Source: Nocardioides sp.
GTDB lineage: Bacteria; Actinomycetota; Actinomycetes; Propionibacteriales; Nocardioidaceae
Direction: 5' to 3'
DNA: 59,520 nt
NCBI GenBank assembly: GCA_051657765.1
Contig: JBOFLH010000671.1
Location: 1-59,520, forward strand
Shown here: positions 19,149-29,034 of the stretch, in pieces
Layout of the letters: every line of letters starts with the position of its first letter
How positions within the stretch are numbered: the stretch's first letter is position 1
Notes under the pieces: model-generated
What the model was told of the DNA's origin: nothing
Seen by the model: the letters and a program-made list of their open reading frames with translations, nothing else
Databases searched by the model: none
Translations under genes and position numbers: made by a program

Positions 19149-20102
19149 TTAGGCCGGTGGGAGGGTGATGGTGGCCAGGAGTGGTCGGTGGTCGGATGCG
19201 GGTGTGTTGCGGCGTTGGGTGGGGTTGTCGGTGATGGACGCGGGTGTGGGTCCGGCGGTGATGACATCGCCGTCGCTGATGGCGTTGGTGATGGTTCTGG
19301 AGGCGAGGATGTGGTCGATGAGTTCGCGGCGGCCGCGGTAGATGCGGCTGTAGCGCAGTGGTTCTGGGATGCGTGGGGCGAGGTTCCAGAGGCGTTGGGG
19401 GTCGCCGTTGTCGGGTTGGTCGTAGCCGCGGGTTCCGATTTCGGAGCCGGGTGGTCCTTGCAGGATCTGGGTGGTGGCGGCTTCGGTGGTGTCGTTGAGG
19501 TCGCCGAGCACGATCACGTCGTCGACGCGACCGGTGAGGAGGCTGGTGGCGTGGGTGCGGACGGTGGCCGCCTCGGCGGCGCGGCGGTGGAGTGCGTAGG
19601 TGGCGTAGCGGGCGCGTTCGTCCTCGTTCTTCGGGGTGAAGCGGCCGCCTGGGAAGGTCAAGAGTTTCGACTTGAAGTGACACGACAGCAACCCGATACG
19701 CCGGCCGCTGGTGGTGAGTTCGGCGGCGAGTGCTGGGCGGGGCATGCGGGTGATTCCAGCAGAGGTGTCGTCGCCCTGGATCGCGGTGAATTCGGTGGGG
19801 AACTCGGCCACTTGCTCGATGTTGGTCAGTTCGGGCCGTGAGAGATACCCGACGGCGATCCCCCTGGAGTCGCCGTTGGCGAGGTAGGTAAACCAACGCC
19901 CGCCGATCCTCTGCGCGAGGTCATCGAGGGCGTCGGTATCGCCGACTTCCTGGACCGCTAGTACGTCCGGGTTCAGTTCGGTGATGGTGGCAGCTAGCGA
20001 GTCCAACTTCTCCCGGTACACACCATCGTCGGCGGGACCGCTCGGCCCACCAGGCCGAAACAGGTTCTCCAGATTCCACGTCCCGATCCGCAGCTTCGTC
20101 AC
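19149..20102 (-). CDS. Endonuclease/exonuclease/phosphatase family protein
   Basis: TWNLENL, LAVQEV, HFKSK, LGDLN, IDHIL, SDHRP. Confidence 0.9.
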   Translation of the reverse strand: MTKLRIGTWNLENLFRPGGPSGPADDGVYREKLDSLAATITELNPDVLAVQEVGDTDALDDLAQRIGGRWFTYLANGDSRGIAVGYLSRPELTNIEQVAEFPTEFTAIQGDDTSAGITRMPRPALAAELTTSGRRIGLLSCHFKSKLLTFPGGRFTPKNEDERARYATYALHRRAAEAATVRTHATSLLTGRVDDVIVLGDLNDTTEAATTQILQGPPGSEIGTRGYDQPDNGDPQRLWNLAPRIPEPLRYSRIYRGRRELIDHILASRTITNAISDGDVITAGPTPASITDNPTQRRNTPASDHRPLLATITLPPA

Positions 20103-20517
20103 GTCTCCCACCCAACCACACACCCTGAGTGGTGGTAGATATCGACATCACCCAAGGCCGGACCTTGGGCTGTGCGCTCGTCGTGAACGAGCGCGCCCAC
20201 CTGTCGCTATATAAACCAAGGTGAGCCCCAGATGTTGCCATCAACTTGGCCACGTATCGAGGCCGTGTAGAGGACGAGGATCACGCAGGCTTCTATGCCC
20301 TCGCCGGGCGAACCAGCCAGCTCGGCTCTGTAGACCCTTGGGTGGATCGTTCTGGTGAGCCGGGGGTCCTGCCGAGATGACCGAGCCCAACAGCGCGCCC
20401 CGCAAAGAACCATCCACAAGTTCTGATTATTGCTCGATTCTCGGTCGAGATTCCGAGTATCACCGCGATGGCTGACTGCTCTTAGTTGCTGTGAAGCAAC
20501 AATTGGAAGGAATGGTC

Positions 20518-21578
20518 ATGAACAGCTGGATCCCGAGAACAGCGATACTTCTGCTGGGACTATTGCTACTCGGCAGTTGTGGTCTGAGCCAGGAAGTGGC
20601 CCAGACCCGAAGCGACGGCCTCCTCGCGGTCAACGACGCCCTTCAGCGTCTAGAGAACGAGTCAGGAAACTGGCAGTCCATCCTTGCCGAGACTCGCGAC
20701 ACCTTGATCTCCGAGGGCCAAAGCACACTGGCCAACGAGGTCTCCGACATCGCATCCAGAGCCGTCAGTGACGTAGGAATCGAAGCCCGGTGCTACACCG
20801 ACTTTCTCGGGGATCGAGTCAAAGACGAACTGCGACGGATACGCGCCAGCATCACCGGCGACACCTTCACCCCCACGCCCGTCTTGTGCAACCCAACCCC
20901 AAACATCGTCAAACTCGAGTTGCCACCAGAGCGCCGGCCCGCTGTCGAACTCTCCGGCTACAACCTCAACACCAGCGTCGTACAGGTGTGGCTCATCAAT
21001 AACCAGGATCGCGTGGACGTAACCCAACACCTCAGCAGCCCCTCGTCCTACCTCCTAACCCTCAACACCGGCGTCAACGGCGTCCCTTTCACCGCAGACT
21101 CTCAAGCCAACTGCAGTTCGACCTCATCGGAGCTGACAGCCGCTCGATCAGCGTCGTCCAGCCACCTCCTCCGACACCTCCAGCTGACTACCCCAACAGA
21201 GTGCTCCACGTCTCCGGATCAATCGATGTGCTCGATGACGAGTCCGGCGATGACGAGCACGATGTCTGGCAGCTCGACGAACGCATCAACGTCCAAGCCG
21301 ACGCACCGACTCCCTTTCACTTCGACAAGTGCACAGGCGACGAGGTCAACGCCGTCATGCACCTGGACACCAGCCTCGACCGATCCACCGGCACGATCAC
21401 GATGGCCGGTCGAGTGCAGTACTTCGAACAAGACGACTGCGACCGCGGAGACCTAGAACAGCAAAAGGAATTCACCATCACCCTGGAACGAGGCCAGACC
21501 TACCCCTTCACCTACCCCCTCGGCGACGGCGACGGTCACGTACACCCCAATCTAATCTTCAGCAACGTGGACCCTTAA
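20518..21578 (+). pseudogene. Lipoprotein with one frameshift near 21110 (possibly an assembly error)
   Basis: Signal peptide with LGSC lipobox; protein-like sequence continues in the frame of ORF 21201..21578. Confidence 0.65.
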
Positions 21579-21845
21579 CCCTCCAGTCAGATAGCTAGCC
21601 GAACCGCCGGAAATCCAATCCACTCGCGACGGATGGCAAAGGCCCACTGTTCTCGGTGTCTGTCCTGGTCGGCAGCCACTTGAGGTAATAGCACCGGCTG
21701 GATTCAAACCTGCGCTCCCGCCTCCGGAGAGCGGCCCCTTACGCACCCACTCCCGCAGGTCACAGGCCTATAGTTTGCGTCCGATGAGTCGCGGTGGGGC
21801 GCCGGTGGGAGACCTTCGAGATCCGTCCGCCGGAGCGATGTCCGA

Positions 21846-22139
21846 TCAGCCATATGGAGGGGGCTCACGATTGAGGTCGCGTCGGGTCTTGACCGGCCGG
21901 AACGGCGGTGGGTCACTATCGCCGACGGGGTCGAGGTTCTCCGCCCAGATCCACTGCTGAAACACCGCAGGCGCTCCGCGGTCGTCGAGGCCGGTGAACG
22001 TGACCAGGCCGCTCCATCCGGACCCGGCCCGGTCTTGGCGCCACTCAGTCAACAAACCGGGCGCCACGTATCCGGTGCGGTAGACCCACACATGCCGGCC
22101 CCCACCGAGCCGGCGGGCAGACATGCTGTCGACGTGCAT
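21846..22139 (-). CDS. Small hypothetical protein, probably LexA-regulated
   Basis: RHVWV...PGLLTEWR...QQWIW; SOS box upstream; start uncertain. Confidence 0.65.
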   Translation of the reverse strand: MHVDSMSARRLGGGRHVWVYRTGYVAPGLLTEWRQDRAGSGWSGLVTFTGLDDRGAPAVFQQWIWAENLDPVGDSDPPPFRPVKTRRDLNREPPPYG

Positions 22140-22160
22140 CGGCACATGGAACCACGAACC

Positions 22161-22176
22161 TCGAACAAGCGTTCGA
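22161..22176. promoter_or_regulatory. Actinobacterial LexA SOS box
   Basis: TCGAAC-AAGC-GTTCGA, a perfect match to TCGAAC-N4-GTTCGA. Confidence 0.8.
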
Positions 22177-22346
22177 GACATGTCCGTTGTCGACGAGCGG
22201 TTCCATCGATCGCGGAAGATCAGGTCCCATGGCCAACTCCGTCTATGTGTGTCGAGTGATCATTAGCTTGATCAGGGCCGCAGCTCCGGCGCGCAGCGGA
22301 CACCACCAGACAGACGACGCGCCGACATGGCGTTGACGCACCCCTC

Positions 22347-23351
22347 TCAGCGGACGGACCTACCCTCTCGGCGCTCGTTGAGCAACTTGCTTGCGGCCCG
22401 TCTATCGTGCTCGACGATCGACAGCTCGCGGGACCACTGGGCATCCTGCTCCGGCGTTGCCGTTCCGTCCTTGGTGGCCTTCCGTGCCGCTGCCTTGATC
22501 TTCTCGGCCCGCCAGAAGTGCGCCGACGACTCTTCCTCGATCTCCGGGAAGCAGTAGTAGTCGTCGTTGAAGTAGTCCACCTGGGAGTTGGACTGTTGCT
22601 TGCCGTACCGCAGGCCGAGGCCCTTCAGTCGGTCGTGGATCTGGTTGGCTTTCCACGACGACTCGATACCCCGCCCCGGGGCTTCGGCGGGGTCGCGGCC
22701 GGTGTCGGAGTACTGGTCCTCGTCCTTCATGCCGGTAACGGTGATGCTGGTGGCGTGCGAGCCGGATTTGCTTGTCACGCTGTAGCCGTACTCCGAAGGC
22801 AGGTAGCCGGCCTCGATCGCGTCCTTGATGTCGGCGCGTATCCGCTTGTTTCGTTCAGTCCTGGAAAGGCGGATATCGCGCCGGTCGCCGGTGACCACGG
22901 CCCCGTAGTAGTTGTCCTCGTCGGTGGTCTCGAAGTCCGGCTCACGCCACGTCGGGTGACTCTTCCACTGCCGCTCGGCGTTGTCCTCGCGGACCATCGC
23001 CTCGGCCAACTCGCGGGGGCGGTCGAATTCGCCACGTCGGATCGCCCGGTGTATCGGCATTAGGTAGCTGGTGTACATGTCGTCGATGTCCTGCGCGGTC
23101 AGGCCGTCGCCGCCAAGGTGCGCAGCAAGCCGCTCGGTGTAGTACGGCTGGTCGGGGTCATAGGGCGTGGCTCTCGGGCCGAACTCGTGGGCGATGAAAT
23201 CCACGATCGCGCCAGCCCGCTCGGAGTCGTCGCCGGCCCAGCGGGGATCGTCGGCCGGTTGGCTGACGAGAGCCACGTCCGTTTCGTCTCGTGCCGTGGC
23301 GGCGAACTGGCCGCCATCGGGTGTGCCAGCGATGACGCGGTTCTGGTTCAT
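22347..23351 (-). CDS. GGQF-tagged protein with LPD29-like (large polyvalent protein) domain
   Basis: Starts MNQNRVIAGTPDGGQF; KRIRADIK...YSVTS...SITV...SNSQVDYF pattern. Confidence 0.65.
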   Translation of the reverse strand: MNQNRVIAGTPDGGQFAATARDETDVALVSQPADDPRWAGDDSERAGAIVDFIAHEFGPRATPYDPDQPYYTERLAAHLGGDGLTAQDIDDMYTSYLMPIHRAIRRGEFDRPRELAEAMVREDNAERQWKSHPTWREPDFETTDEDNYYGAVVTGDRRDIRLSRTERNKRIRADIKDAIEAGYLPSEYGYSVTSKSGSHATSITVTGMKDEDQYSDTGRDPAEAPGRGIESSWKANQIHDRLKGLGLRYGKQQSNSQVDYFNDDYYCFPEIEEESSAHFWRAEKIKAAARKATKDGTATPEQDAQWSRELSIVEHDRRAASKLLNERREGRSVR

Positions 23352-23386
23352 GCCTGGAAGGTGTGCGGCTGGTCTGGGAATGTCCG
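23352..23386 (-). promoter_or_regulatory. Class I element promoter (GACA subtype)
   Basis: CGGACA-N12-CCGCA-CACCTT-CCAGGC-ATG. Confidence 0.75.
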
Positions 23387-23520
23387 CACTTGCCGGGGAC
23401 GGGCGGAGCGCAACGAACGGCACGATGTGACCCGCGCGGCGGTCGAGACGTTGTTGCGGTGCCCGAGATCGCGCATCGCGTGACGCGCGACAAGCAGGGT
23501 GGCCGGGGAGGTCGAACGCA

Positions 23521-24993
23521 TCACGCTTCCACGAGCGCGGACCACGGGCGGCCGGAAAGGTCGGCGGAGTGCAGGCGAATCGCGGCCGCGCTCATCGCCC
23601 ACATGTGCCGAATGCCAGTAGTGACCCATTCGTCCCACGCGTCGGCGTCCTTGCCGAACGGGATCGGGTTGGCCTTGAAGTAGGCGTGCAGGGCGCCACG
23701 AACTCGCTTGTGGGCGCCGCTTTGCCAGTCGACTGTGCCGGTCAGGTGTTCGGTCACGACCTGGGTGACCATGTGGTTGAAGGTGCCAGTCAGGCCGTCC
23801 ACGGTGTCGCGGGTCGGTTTGACTCCGGCGGCGGTGATTTCCTCATAGGCGAGGGTCGCCAGCGCCCACACCGCGACGGCTGCGTACGAGTTGGGGTTCA
23901 GCGCGCCGCCGCTGATCTCTTCCCAGGGCTTGTCTTCGGTCAGGAAGTTCATGTTGGTGTCCGCCTTCTTCCGCTCGGGCTGTTGCCTCTCGCCAGCACC
24001 GTGTGCGGAAGGGTCCGGAATGCTCTCCGAGGCCGATCCGAAGTCCAGATCCATCGACGGCGGGGCATCAGCGCGCTCGCCGTACGGCTTGACGACGGGG
24101 ATTCCCAGGTCGGTGGGGAGGTTGTCGACGCGGGCGACCTTGCCTTCGGCGGCGGCGGCGGGGCAGGAGTTGACCATCGGGCACCAGCCGCACAGCGGGG
24201 TCACCTTGCTGTCGAACGAACCGCGGTCCAACTGCCGGTTCATCGTCGCCCAGCCCTTCTTGAAGCCGGCGAGGGTGGCGCGCATCTTCTGATCGCTCAA
24301 CGGGACTGTTCGGGCCCGGCCGTGACGGGTGTACTGGAGCTCCAGCTCGACGACGTTGGTGCAGAGCTTGGTCTCGGCGGCGGCCTTGTACAGGCGCATT
24401 TGGTCGCCGTGGTCGTCGCCGAAGCGGGTGATGTTCTTAGGCACAGAGCCGGTTTTCGTGTCGACCAGTTTCAGTCCGCCCTCGACGTGCTCGATCCGGT
24501 CGACGTAGCCGATGAACGGGACCCCCTCGACCTCCACGTCTTTCAGCTCGGTCTCCAGGGAGTGCACCGAGACGGCCGACGGGTCGGTCATGTCCCACAG
24601 TGGTTTGTAGCGCTCGTGGACCTCGGCGATCCAGATGCCCCGCTTGGCCGCGGACTCGTCGTCGGTCGCCGGCCACTGCTTCTCGGCGTGCGCCAACAAG
24701 ATGTTCATCGCGCTCTGAGGCGCCCGCTGGTCGGGCTCCAACCCGAACAGGTCTTCGAGAACCGTGTGGACCGACGTGCCGAGTTCCGCGGCGCCGAACG
24801 GGTCAGACTTCTCGGGCAGGCACTTCTCCGCGGCCCAGCGCGCACCACAGCCCGACATCGACTTCGACGCCGACGGCGATAGCGCGGGCGGTCGCAGGGA
24901 CTCCAACACCTCGGGGTTGGTGACCATCAGCCGAGCGCCCTCCCAGGCGAATACCTCGGATAGGGCTAGTTGACGTCGTTCGCTGGATCGCAC
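23521..24993 (-). CDS. RecB/Cas4-like PD-(D/E)XK exonuclease with extra C-terminal domain
   Basis: LSPS...C, GTSVHTVLE, GYVDRI, VDTKTG, QMRLY, CGWC...C. Confidence 0.85.
   Translation of the reverse strand: MRSSERRQLALSEVFAWEGARLMVTNPEVLESLRPPALSPSASKSMSGCGARWAAEKCLPEKSDPFGAAELGTSVHTVLEDLFGLEPDQRAPQSAMNILLAHAEKQWPATDDESAAKRGIWIAEVHERYKPLWDMTDPSAVSVHSLETELKDVEVEGVPFIGYVDRIEHVEGGLKLVDTKTGSVPKNITRFGDDHGDQMRLYKAAAETKLCTNVVELELQYTRHGRARTVPLSDQKMRATLAGFKKGWATMNRQLDRGSFDSKVTPLCGWCPMVNSCPAAAAEGKVARVDNLPTDLGIPVVKPYGERADAPPSMDLDFGSASESIPDPSAHGAGERQQPERKKADTNMNFLTEDKPWEEISGGALNPNSYAAVAVWALATLAYEEITAAGVKPTRDTVDGLTGTFNHMVTQVVTEHLTGTVDWQSGAHKRVRGALHAYFKANPIPFGKDADAWDEWVTTGIRHMWAMSAAAIRLHSADLSGRPWSALVEA
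23992..24026 (-). promoter_or_regulatory. Class I element promoter internal to the nuclease ORF
   Basis: AGAGCA-N12-CCGCA-CACGGT-GCTGGC; in-frame ATG at 23952 with purine-rich RBS. Confidence 0.55.
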
Positions 24994-25035
24994 ATAGGGT
25001 TCTATGCCGCGGGCCGGGACCCGGCGGCAGAGCTA
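24994..25035 (-). promoter_or_regulatory. Class III element promoter
   Basis: CTCTGCCGCCGG-N11-CGGCATAGA-N7-GTG; 31/42 ungapped identity with 28965..29006. Confidence 0.6.
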
Positions 25036-25851
25036 CACCCCGACGACGTCGAAGTGCTCTCGGCAGACTCTCTCGAAGACGCCCCGGACCACCGCGACCG
25101 TCGCATAGCTGGCGGATCGCGACAGCCCGAGTTCGCGGCCGATCCTGACAGCGTTCGGCACCCCGGTCAGCGCGTCGGCGCACCACAAGCGGGCCACGTC
25201 CGCGGTCACCGTGGAGATCTCCGAGCACCTCCTGATCGCCAGGCTCACCAGCCGTTCTGCGTCGACCGGGTCGAGAAGCGTCTCGGCTGCCTCAGTGGCT
25301 GCGATGTCGTGGCCGTTGGCGATGTCGATCGTCGTCGGATCGAGGAGATCTTCGGGCCGGCAGTACATGCCCTGGCGGACGATGTCGGCGCGAGTCTGAG
25401 CGAGCCGGTCGTTGGTCGCCTTGACGACTTCGATGTTCGAGGGCTCGCGGTGCAGCTCGGTCAGGAGCGCGTCGCGGGTCTTGCGCAGCTCACGGCGGCG
25501 CCGCGACGCGCCAGCGGATCCGGCCATCGAGTTGAACCCGGCCGAGGAGTCCACGAATGCGCTGACCGTAGACCTGATGCGAAAGTCGAGGAGGCCACCG
25601 AGAGCGACCGCCTCATCGAGTCGGTCCGGGTGCTCGACCATCTCCTCGATGAGCGACCAGGCGGTCTGCCGCCCCAGTGACGCGAAGTCATCGAGCCAGG
25701 TGTTCCGGTCGACCCGGTAGTGCACGCATAGGCGGCCGGCGACCGACCGGATGTGCGGGTCGATGGACTTCAGGAACGCCTCGGCCAGCGGCCGGCGCTC
25801 CGGAAGCGGTGCAGCCGAGATAGCGCGAAGCTGGTCTGCCCACGCGCTCAT
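25033..25851 (-). CDS. Divergent sigma-70 group-3-like (FliA/WhiG/SigF-like) factor
   Basis: Region 2-like IRSVA...DDFASLG...FRIR; region 3-like LLTELHREPSNIEV; region 4 HTH IGRELGLSRS. Confidence 0.65.
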   Translation of the reverse strand: MSAWADQLRAISAAPLPERRPLAEAFLKSIDPHIRSVAGRLCVHYRVDRNTWLDDFASLGRQTAWSLIEEMVEHPDRLDEAVALGGLLDFRIRSTVSAFVDSSAGFNSMAGSAGASRRRRELRKTRDALLTELHREPSNIEVVKATNDRLAQTRADIVRQGMYCRPEDLLDPTTIDIANGHDIAATEAAETLLDPVDAERLVSLAIRRCSEISTVTADVARLWCADALTGVPNAVRIGRELGLSRSASYATVAVVRGVFERVCREHFDVVGV

Positions 25852-26243
25852 TGCGGCCTCGCGGCGAGCGGGAAACCGGGCCACGGCGGTGCGCTCTTGG
25901 GCTGCTGGATGTCCAACCACGCCAGGAACCTCCGGCCGCCGGCTCGCGGGTCGAGCAGCCACGCCACGGTGACGCGGTGGGCCGGTGGGCAGCCGGGGAC
26001 CCGGGCGGCCAGCTCGGCCATCAGCCGCTTGGTGGTTCCGGGGCCGACTCCCTTGCAGGACATGTGCAACTGTTGCACAAGGATCCGACGCAGCGGCTTC
26101 CCTTCCTCCCGAGCTGCGGCTTCGAGGACGTCCGTCGGGGTCAGCAGACCCTCGGCCAGCGCCACCAGGTATTCGGCCCGGGTCGCCCGGGCTGTTGCAA
26201 GCGCCTCCCGAGCGCGTACGACGTCGGGTTGGGGTGATGTCAC
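25848..26243 (-). CDS. mIHF/sIHF-like H2TH nucleoid-associated protein
   Basis: AREALATARATRAE...TDVL...VQQLHMSCKGVGPGTTKRLMAEL parallels the mIHF pattern ALEKA..AR..RAE...V..LL.S.PGVG....IM..L. Confidence 0.65.
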   Translation of the reverse strand: MTSPQPDVVRAREALATARATRAEYLVALAEGLLTPTDVLEAAAREEGKPLRRILVQQLHMSCKGVGPGTTKRLMAELAARVPGCPPAHRVTVAWLLDPRAGGRRFLAWLDIQQPKSAPPWPGFPLAARPQ

Positions 26244-26283
26244 GAGTTATCGCCTCCACTTGTTGATGACGCCGAACCAATTA

Positions 26284-27306
26284 TCAAACCGTCAACCATC
26301 CGGTTCTCAACCTCCCCGCGTTCGACCACCCCGCCATCGCGTCCGGCAAGACCCGAAGCGCAGCCTCGGCCCGAGCGGCACCAAGCCGGTCCCTCGGGTA
26401 CTCCTCGCGGTACCGCTTCAGCAGCTCCTCGATGTCGCGGATCGCTCCGAGCTCGGCAGCCACCCGACGGACCTTCGGGCCGACGTGCGGGTCACCGATC
26501 TCCCGCCTGATCATCGTCGGAGCGTCCCGCCTGACCGCGGCGCACAGGTACTTCATCGGGTCTACCTTCACGAAGGCGTGCGGCTCCAGCATTAGGTCGA
26601 TCATCGGGTCGATCATGCCGGGGTGCCCGGACTCCTCCGCAGTGGCTGACCGCCCGTAGACCATCTCGTCGAGCACTCCCCGCAGCTTCGTCTCGTCGAG
26701 CAGGTCGCGGCTTTCGCCGGTGTGCCGCCCGATCTCGTCACGGATGCTGGCGTGGCTACGGACTAGCGCCCGCCAGGCGTGGGGCTCCAGGTAGGTTCTC
26801 AGCGCCCACCGGGCAGCCTCGCCGGCCTCGACGAGTTCGGCGATCCGACGCTCGACGGCCATCGGGGACTCGACGGGCACCCAGACGTGGTCGTCGGCGA
26901 CCACTGCGTTGCATAGATCAGGGTCGGCTCCGAGCAGCACCGAGCTCGTCCGGTGGTGGCCGAGTCCGGCGGTCGCGAAGGACGCGCGCTGCCGGCGGCC
27001 CGGGCGAATGAAGCTCACCGATGACCGCGACCAGTCCAGTCGCAACGGGAACAGCGTCCTGCCCCGCGACTTCCGACCGAGGTTCGCCCTCGGGACCACC
27101 CACTCCCAGGTGGGCGCCACCCAGAGTCCGCCGCCAGCGGGAAGATCGGCCGAGGACAGCGCTGCGGCATCCCGGCCAACCAGCACCGCGTGCAGCAACG
27201 CGCTCAACGGCTCCAGCGATCGGTGACGGCCTTCGGTGAACTCCACGCCGAGTGCGTCGGCGGCTAGCTTGCGCAGCCGTGCGCTGCCTCCTGCCCAGCC
27301 GCTCAT
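26284..27306 (-). CDS. Hypothetical protein; C-terminal half weakly sigma region-2/3-like
   Basis: ARWALRTYLEP...FVKVDPMKYLCAAVRRDA..MIRR; in the operon with mIHF and the sigma-like gene. Confidence 0.45.
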   Translation of the reverse strand: MSGWAGGSARLRKLAADALGVEFTEGRHRSLEPLSALLHAVLVGRDAAALSSADLPAGGGLWVAPTWEWVVPRANLGRKSRGRTLFPLRLDWSRSSVSFIRPGRRQRASFATAGLGHHRTSSVLLGADPDLCNAVVADDHVWVPVESPMAVERRIAELVEAGEAARWALRTYLEPHAWRALVRSHASIRDEIGRHTGESRDLLDETKLRGVLDEMVYGRSATAEESGHPGMIDPMIDLMLEPHAFVKVDPMKYLCAAVRRDAPTMIRREIGDPHVGPKVRRVAAELGAIRDIEELLKRYREEYPRDRLGAARAEAALRVLPDAMAGWSNAGRLRTGWLTV

Positions 27307-28964
27307 CGCAGCCCCAATCGGGAGAGCCAGGACCGTTTGGCCGGCGACGACTGGCGCAGCGATGAACGGCTGGTGATCCTCGCCAAGGCCGCGTCGAGCA
27401 GCGGCGCCATGGCCGGCATCGTCGCGACGGTCTTCCCGAAGTTCATTGCGTTCGTGATTGCTGGGTCGTAGGCCGCGAAGCCGAGGAACACCGATCGCCT
27501 GTTGAAGTTCGCCGCGGTGTAGGGCCGGTCGATCTCAGCGTCTGCCGGGATCCGGTTCATCATGGTCAACTTCCGCGACTGGATGCCGGGCTGCCGGGCG
27601 AGCTGATCGATCATGTTCGCGGCGCTCGGCGCGGATGCGTCGGTGACGCCGATGCTCCAGGCTCCGGTGGTCATCAGCGGGTAGATGAGGCCGGTAACGA
27701 CGCCGGAGAAGTCGGTAGCCTCCAGGATCTGGGTGTCCACCACCACCAGGTCGGCCATCTTCGCGGCCTGGAGGATCAGCTCGCGATACAGCTCGGGCGT
27801 CACGACCTTCGGGTCGGCCAGCGACGGAGGCGGGGCCGTCAGCAGAGTGAACTCCAGCCGCTCCAGCCGCTTGGGGCGCGAGGCGTTGAGCGCCTCGGGG
27901 TCAATCAGTCCCTTTCGAATGTCGACGGGATCGGCGATTGCGGCTTGGTACACCGAGGGGAGTGCCCGGTCGCCGCCGCAGGTACCGACGCGAAGGAAGG
28001 TCCGGATGTCGCCCTGGCCGACGCTGGAGTCGACGAGGATCGTCCGGACACCTGCCATGCCGGCACGCTGAGCGAGTCCAGCACTGGTTGTAGTTTTCCC
28101 TGCTCCGCCCTTCGACGACCAGACCACGACGACATGCCCGGCCCGATCGACGACCGGAGCGGCCTCCGGCTCGCCGGCCCTCTGGATCAGCCAGGGATTC
28201 GCGCCAGGGCGAGCGGCATGGGGCCGGAACGTGCGCGTACCGGTGACGGCGGAGGGCCTGGGAATCTGGACAACCGGCGCGTCAGGTCGGGGCTCGATTG
28301 GTGAAGACTCTGACTCGCGAGCCGCCGCGACGACGGGCGGAGCACCCCACGGGTCCTCCTCGGCTGCTGGCTCCGGTTCGACGACCGCCGCGAAAGGGTC
28401 GTTACCCCACAGGTCGTCGTGGGTCTCTGGCTCGATCGGCTCGGACCTGGCGACAAGGAGCGGCTTGTCACCCCAAGGGTCGTCGCCGGCAGCATCGGCC
28501 TGGCCCGTCTCCTCACCCACCGGGTCCGGCTCATTGAAGATATCGTCAGCGGCGGCCCTCTCGGCGAATGGCGTTTCCCCGAATTCGTAATGATCGTTCA
28601 ACACCAGGCCGTCGGAGCCGCTCGGGACAGTCAGGCCAATGGCGGCGAAGATCTCGGCGAGTGTCGCCGGAAGCTCGACCGATGTGACCCGGGGGAAGTC
28701 GGAGCGATTGGTGTCGGCTCCGACCAAGAGCGCGATCCTGGTTTCGCGAGACGCCCGCTCCAGCCAGGGCCGCATGCCGGGCCACGGTGTGCCGGCAATG
28801 AGGATGGGGATGGGGCCGGAGGAGTCCATGTGCTCGCGGACGCCGGTGGCTGCCGACCGGTAGTCCTCCCCGGTGACCGGCCGGATGCCGTGACGAGGGC
28901 AGGCTTCGCCCAGATCGGGCATGCCGATCAGGCCCACGATGAGAGGTGATGTGTTTGGCTCCAC
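27303..28964 (-). CDS. ParA/MinD/CpaE-family ATPase with long acidic Pro-rich linker
   Basis: Deviant Walker A KGGAGKTT, ILVD, VVVDT, MMNR. Confidence 0.85.
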   Translation of the reverse strand: MEPNTSPLIVGLIGMPDLGEACPRHGIRPVTGEDYRSAATGVREHMDSSGPIPILIAGTPWPGMRPWLERASRETRIALLVGADTNRSDFPRVTSVELPATLAEIFAAIGLTVPSGSDGLVLNDHYEFGETPFAERAAADDIFNEPDPVGEETGQADAAGDDPWGDKPLLVARSEPIEPETHDDLWGNDPFAAVVEPEPAAEEDPWGAPPVVAAARESESSPIEPRPDAPVVQIPRPSAVTGTRTFRPHAARPGANPWLIQRAGEPEAAPVVDRAGHVVVVWSSKGGAGKTTTSAGLAQRAGMAGVRTILVDSSVGQGDIRTFLRVGTCGGDRALPSVYQAAIADPVDIRKGLIDPEALNASRPKRLERLEFTLLTAPPPSLADPKVVTPELYRELILQAAKMADLVVVDTQILEATDFSGVVTGLIYPLMTTGAWSIGVTDASAPSAANMIDQLARQPGIQSRKLTMMNRIPADAEIDRPYTAANFNRRSVFLGFAAYDPAITNAMNFGKTVATMPAMAPLLDAALARITSRSSLRQSSPAKRSWLSRLGLR

Positions 28965-29006
28965 GCGGGTATCTATGCCGTGGCTCGGAAACCGGCGGCA
29001 GAGTTA
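28965..29006 (-). promoter_or_regulatory. Class III element promoter
   Basis: CTCTGCCGCCGG-N11-CGGCATAGA-N7-GTG. Confidence 0.6.
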
Positions 29007-29034
29007 GCCGCGTGGCTGGTGCAAACGAGTCCAT

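Noticed and set aside
20282-20323. Third class III copy (GGGCATAGA-N7-GTG, minus strand)
   Set aside because: The upstream CTCTGCCGCCGG block is missing and the ORF is only 25 aa; may be chance
4836-24993. DinG helicase and Cas4-like nuclease as parts of a type IV CRISPR system
   Set aside because: No repeat-spacer array and no Cas5/6/7-like genes seen; the genes are about 16 kb apart in separate operons
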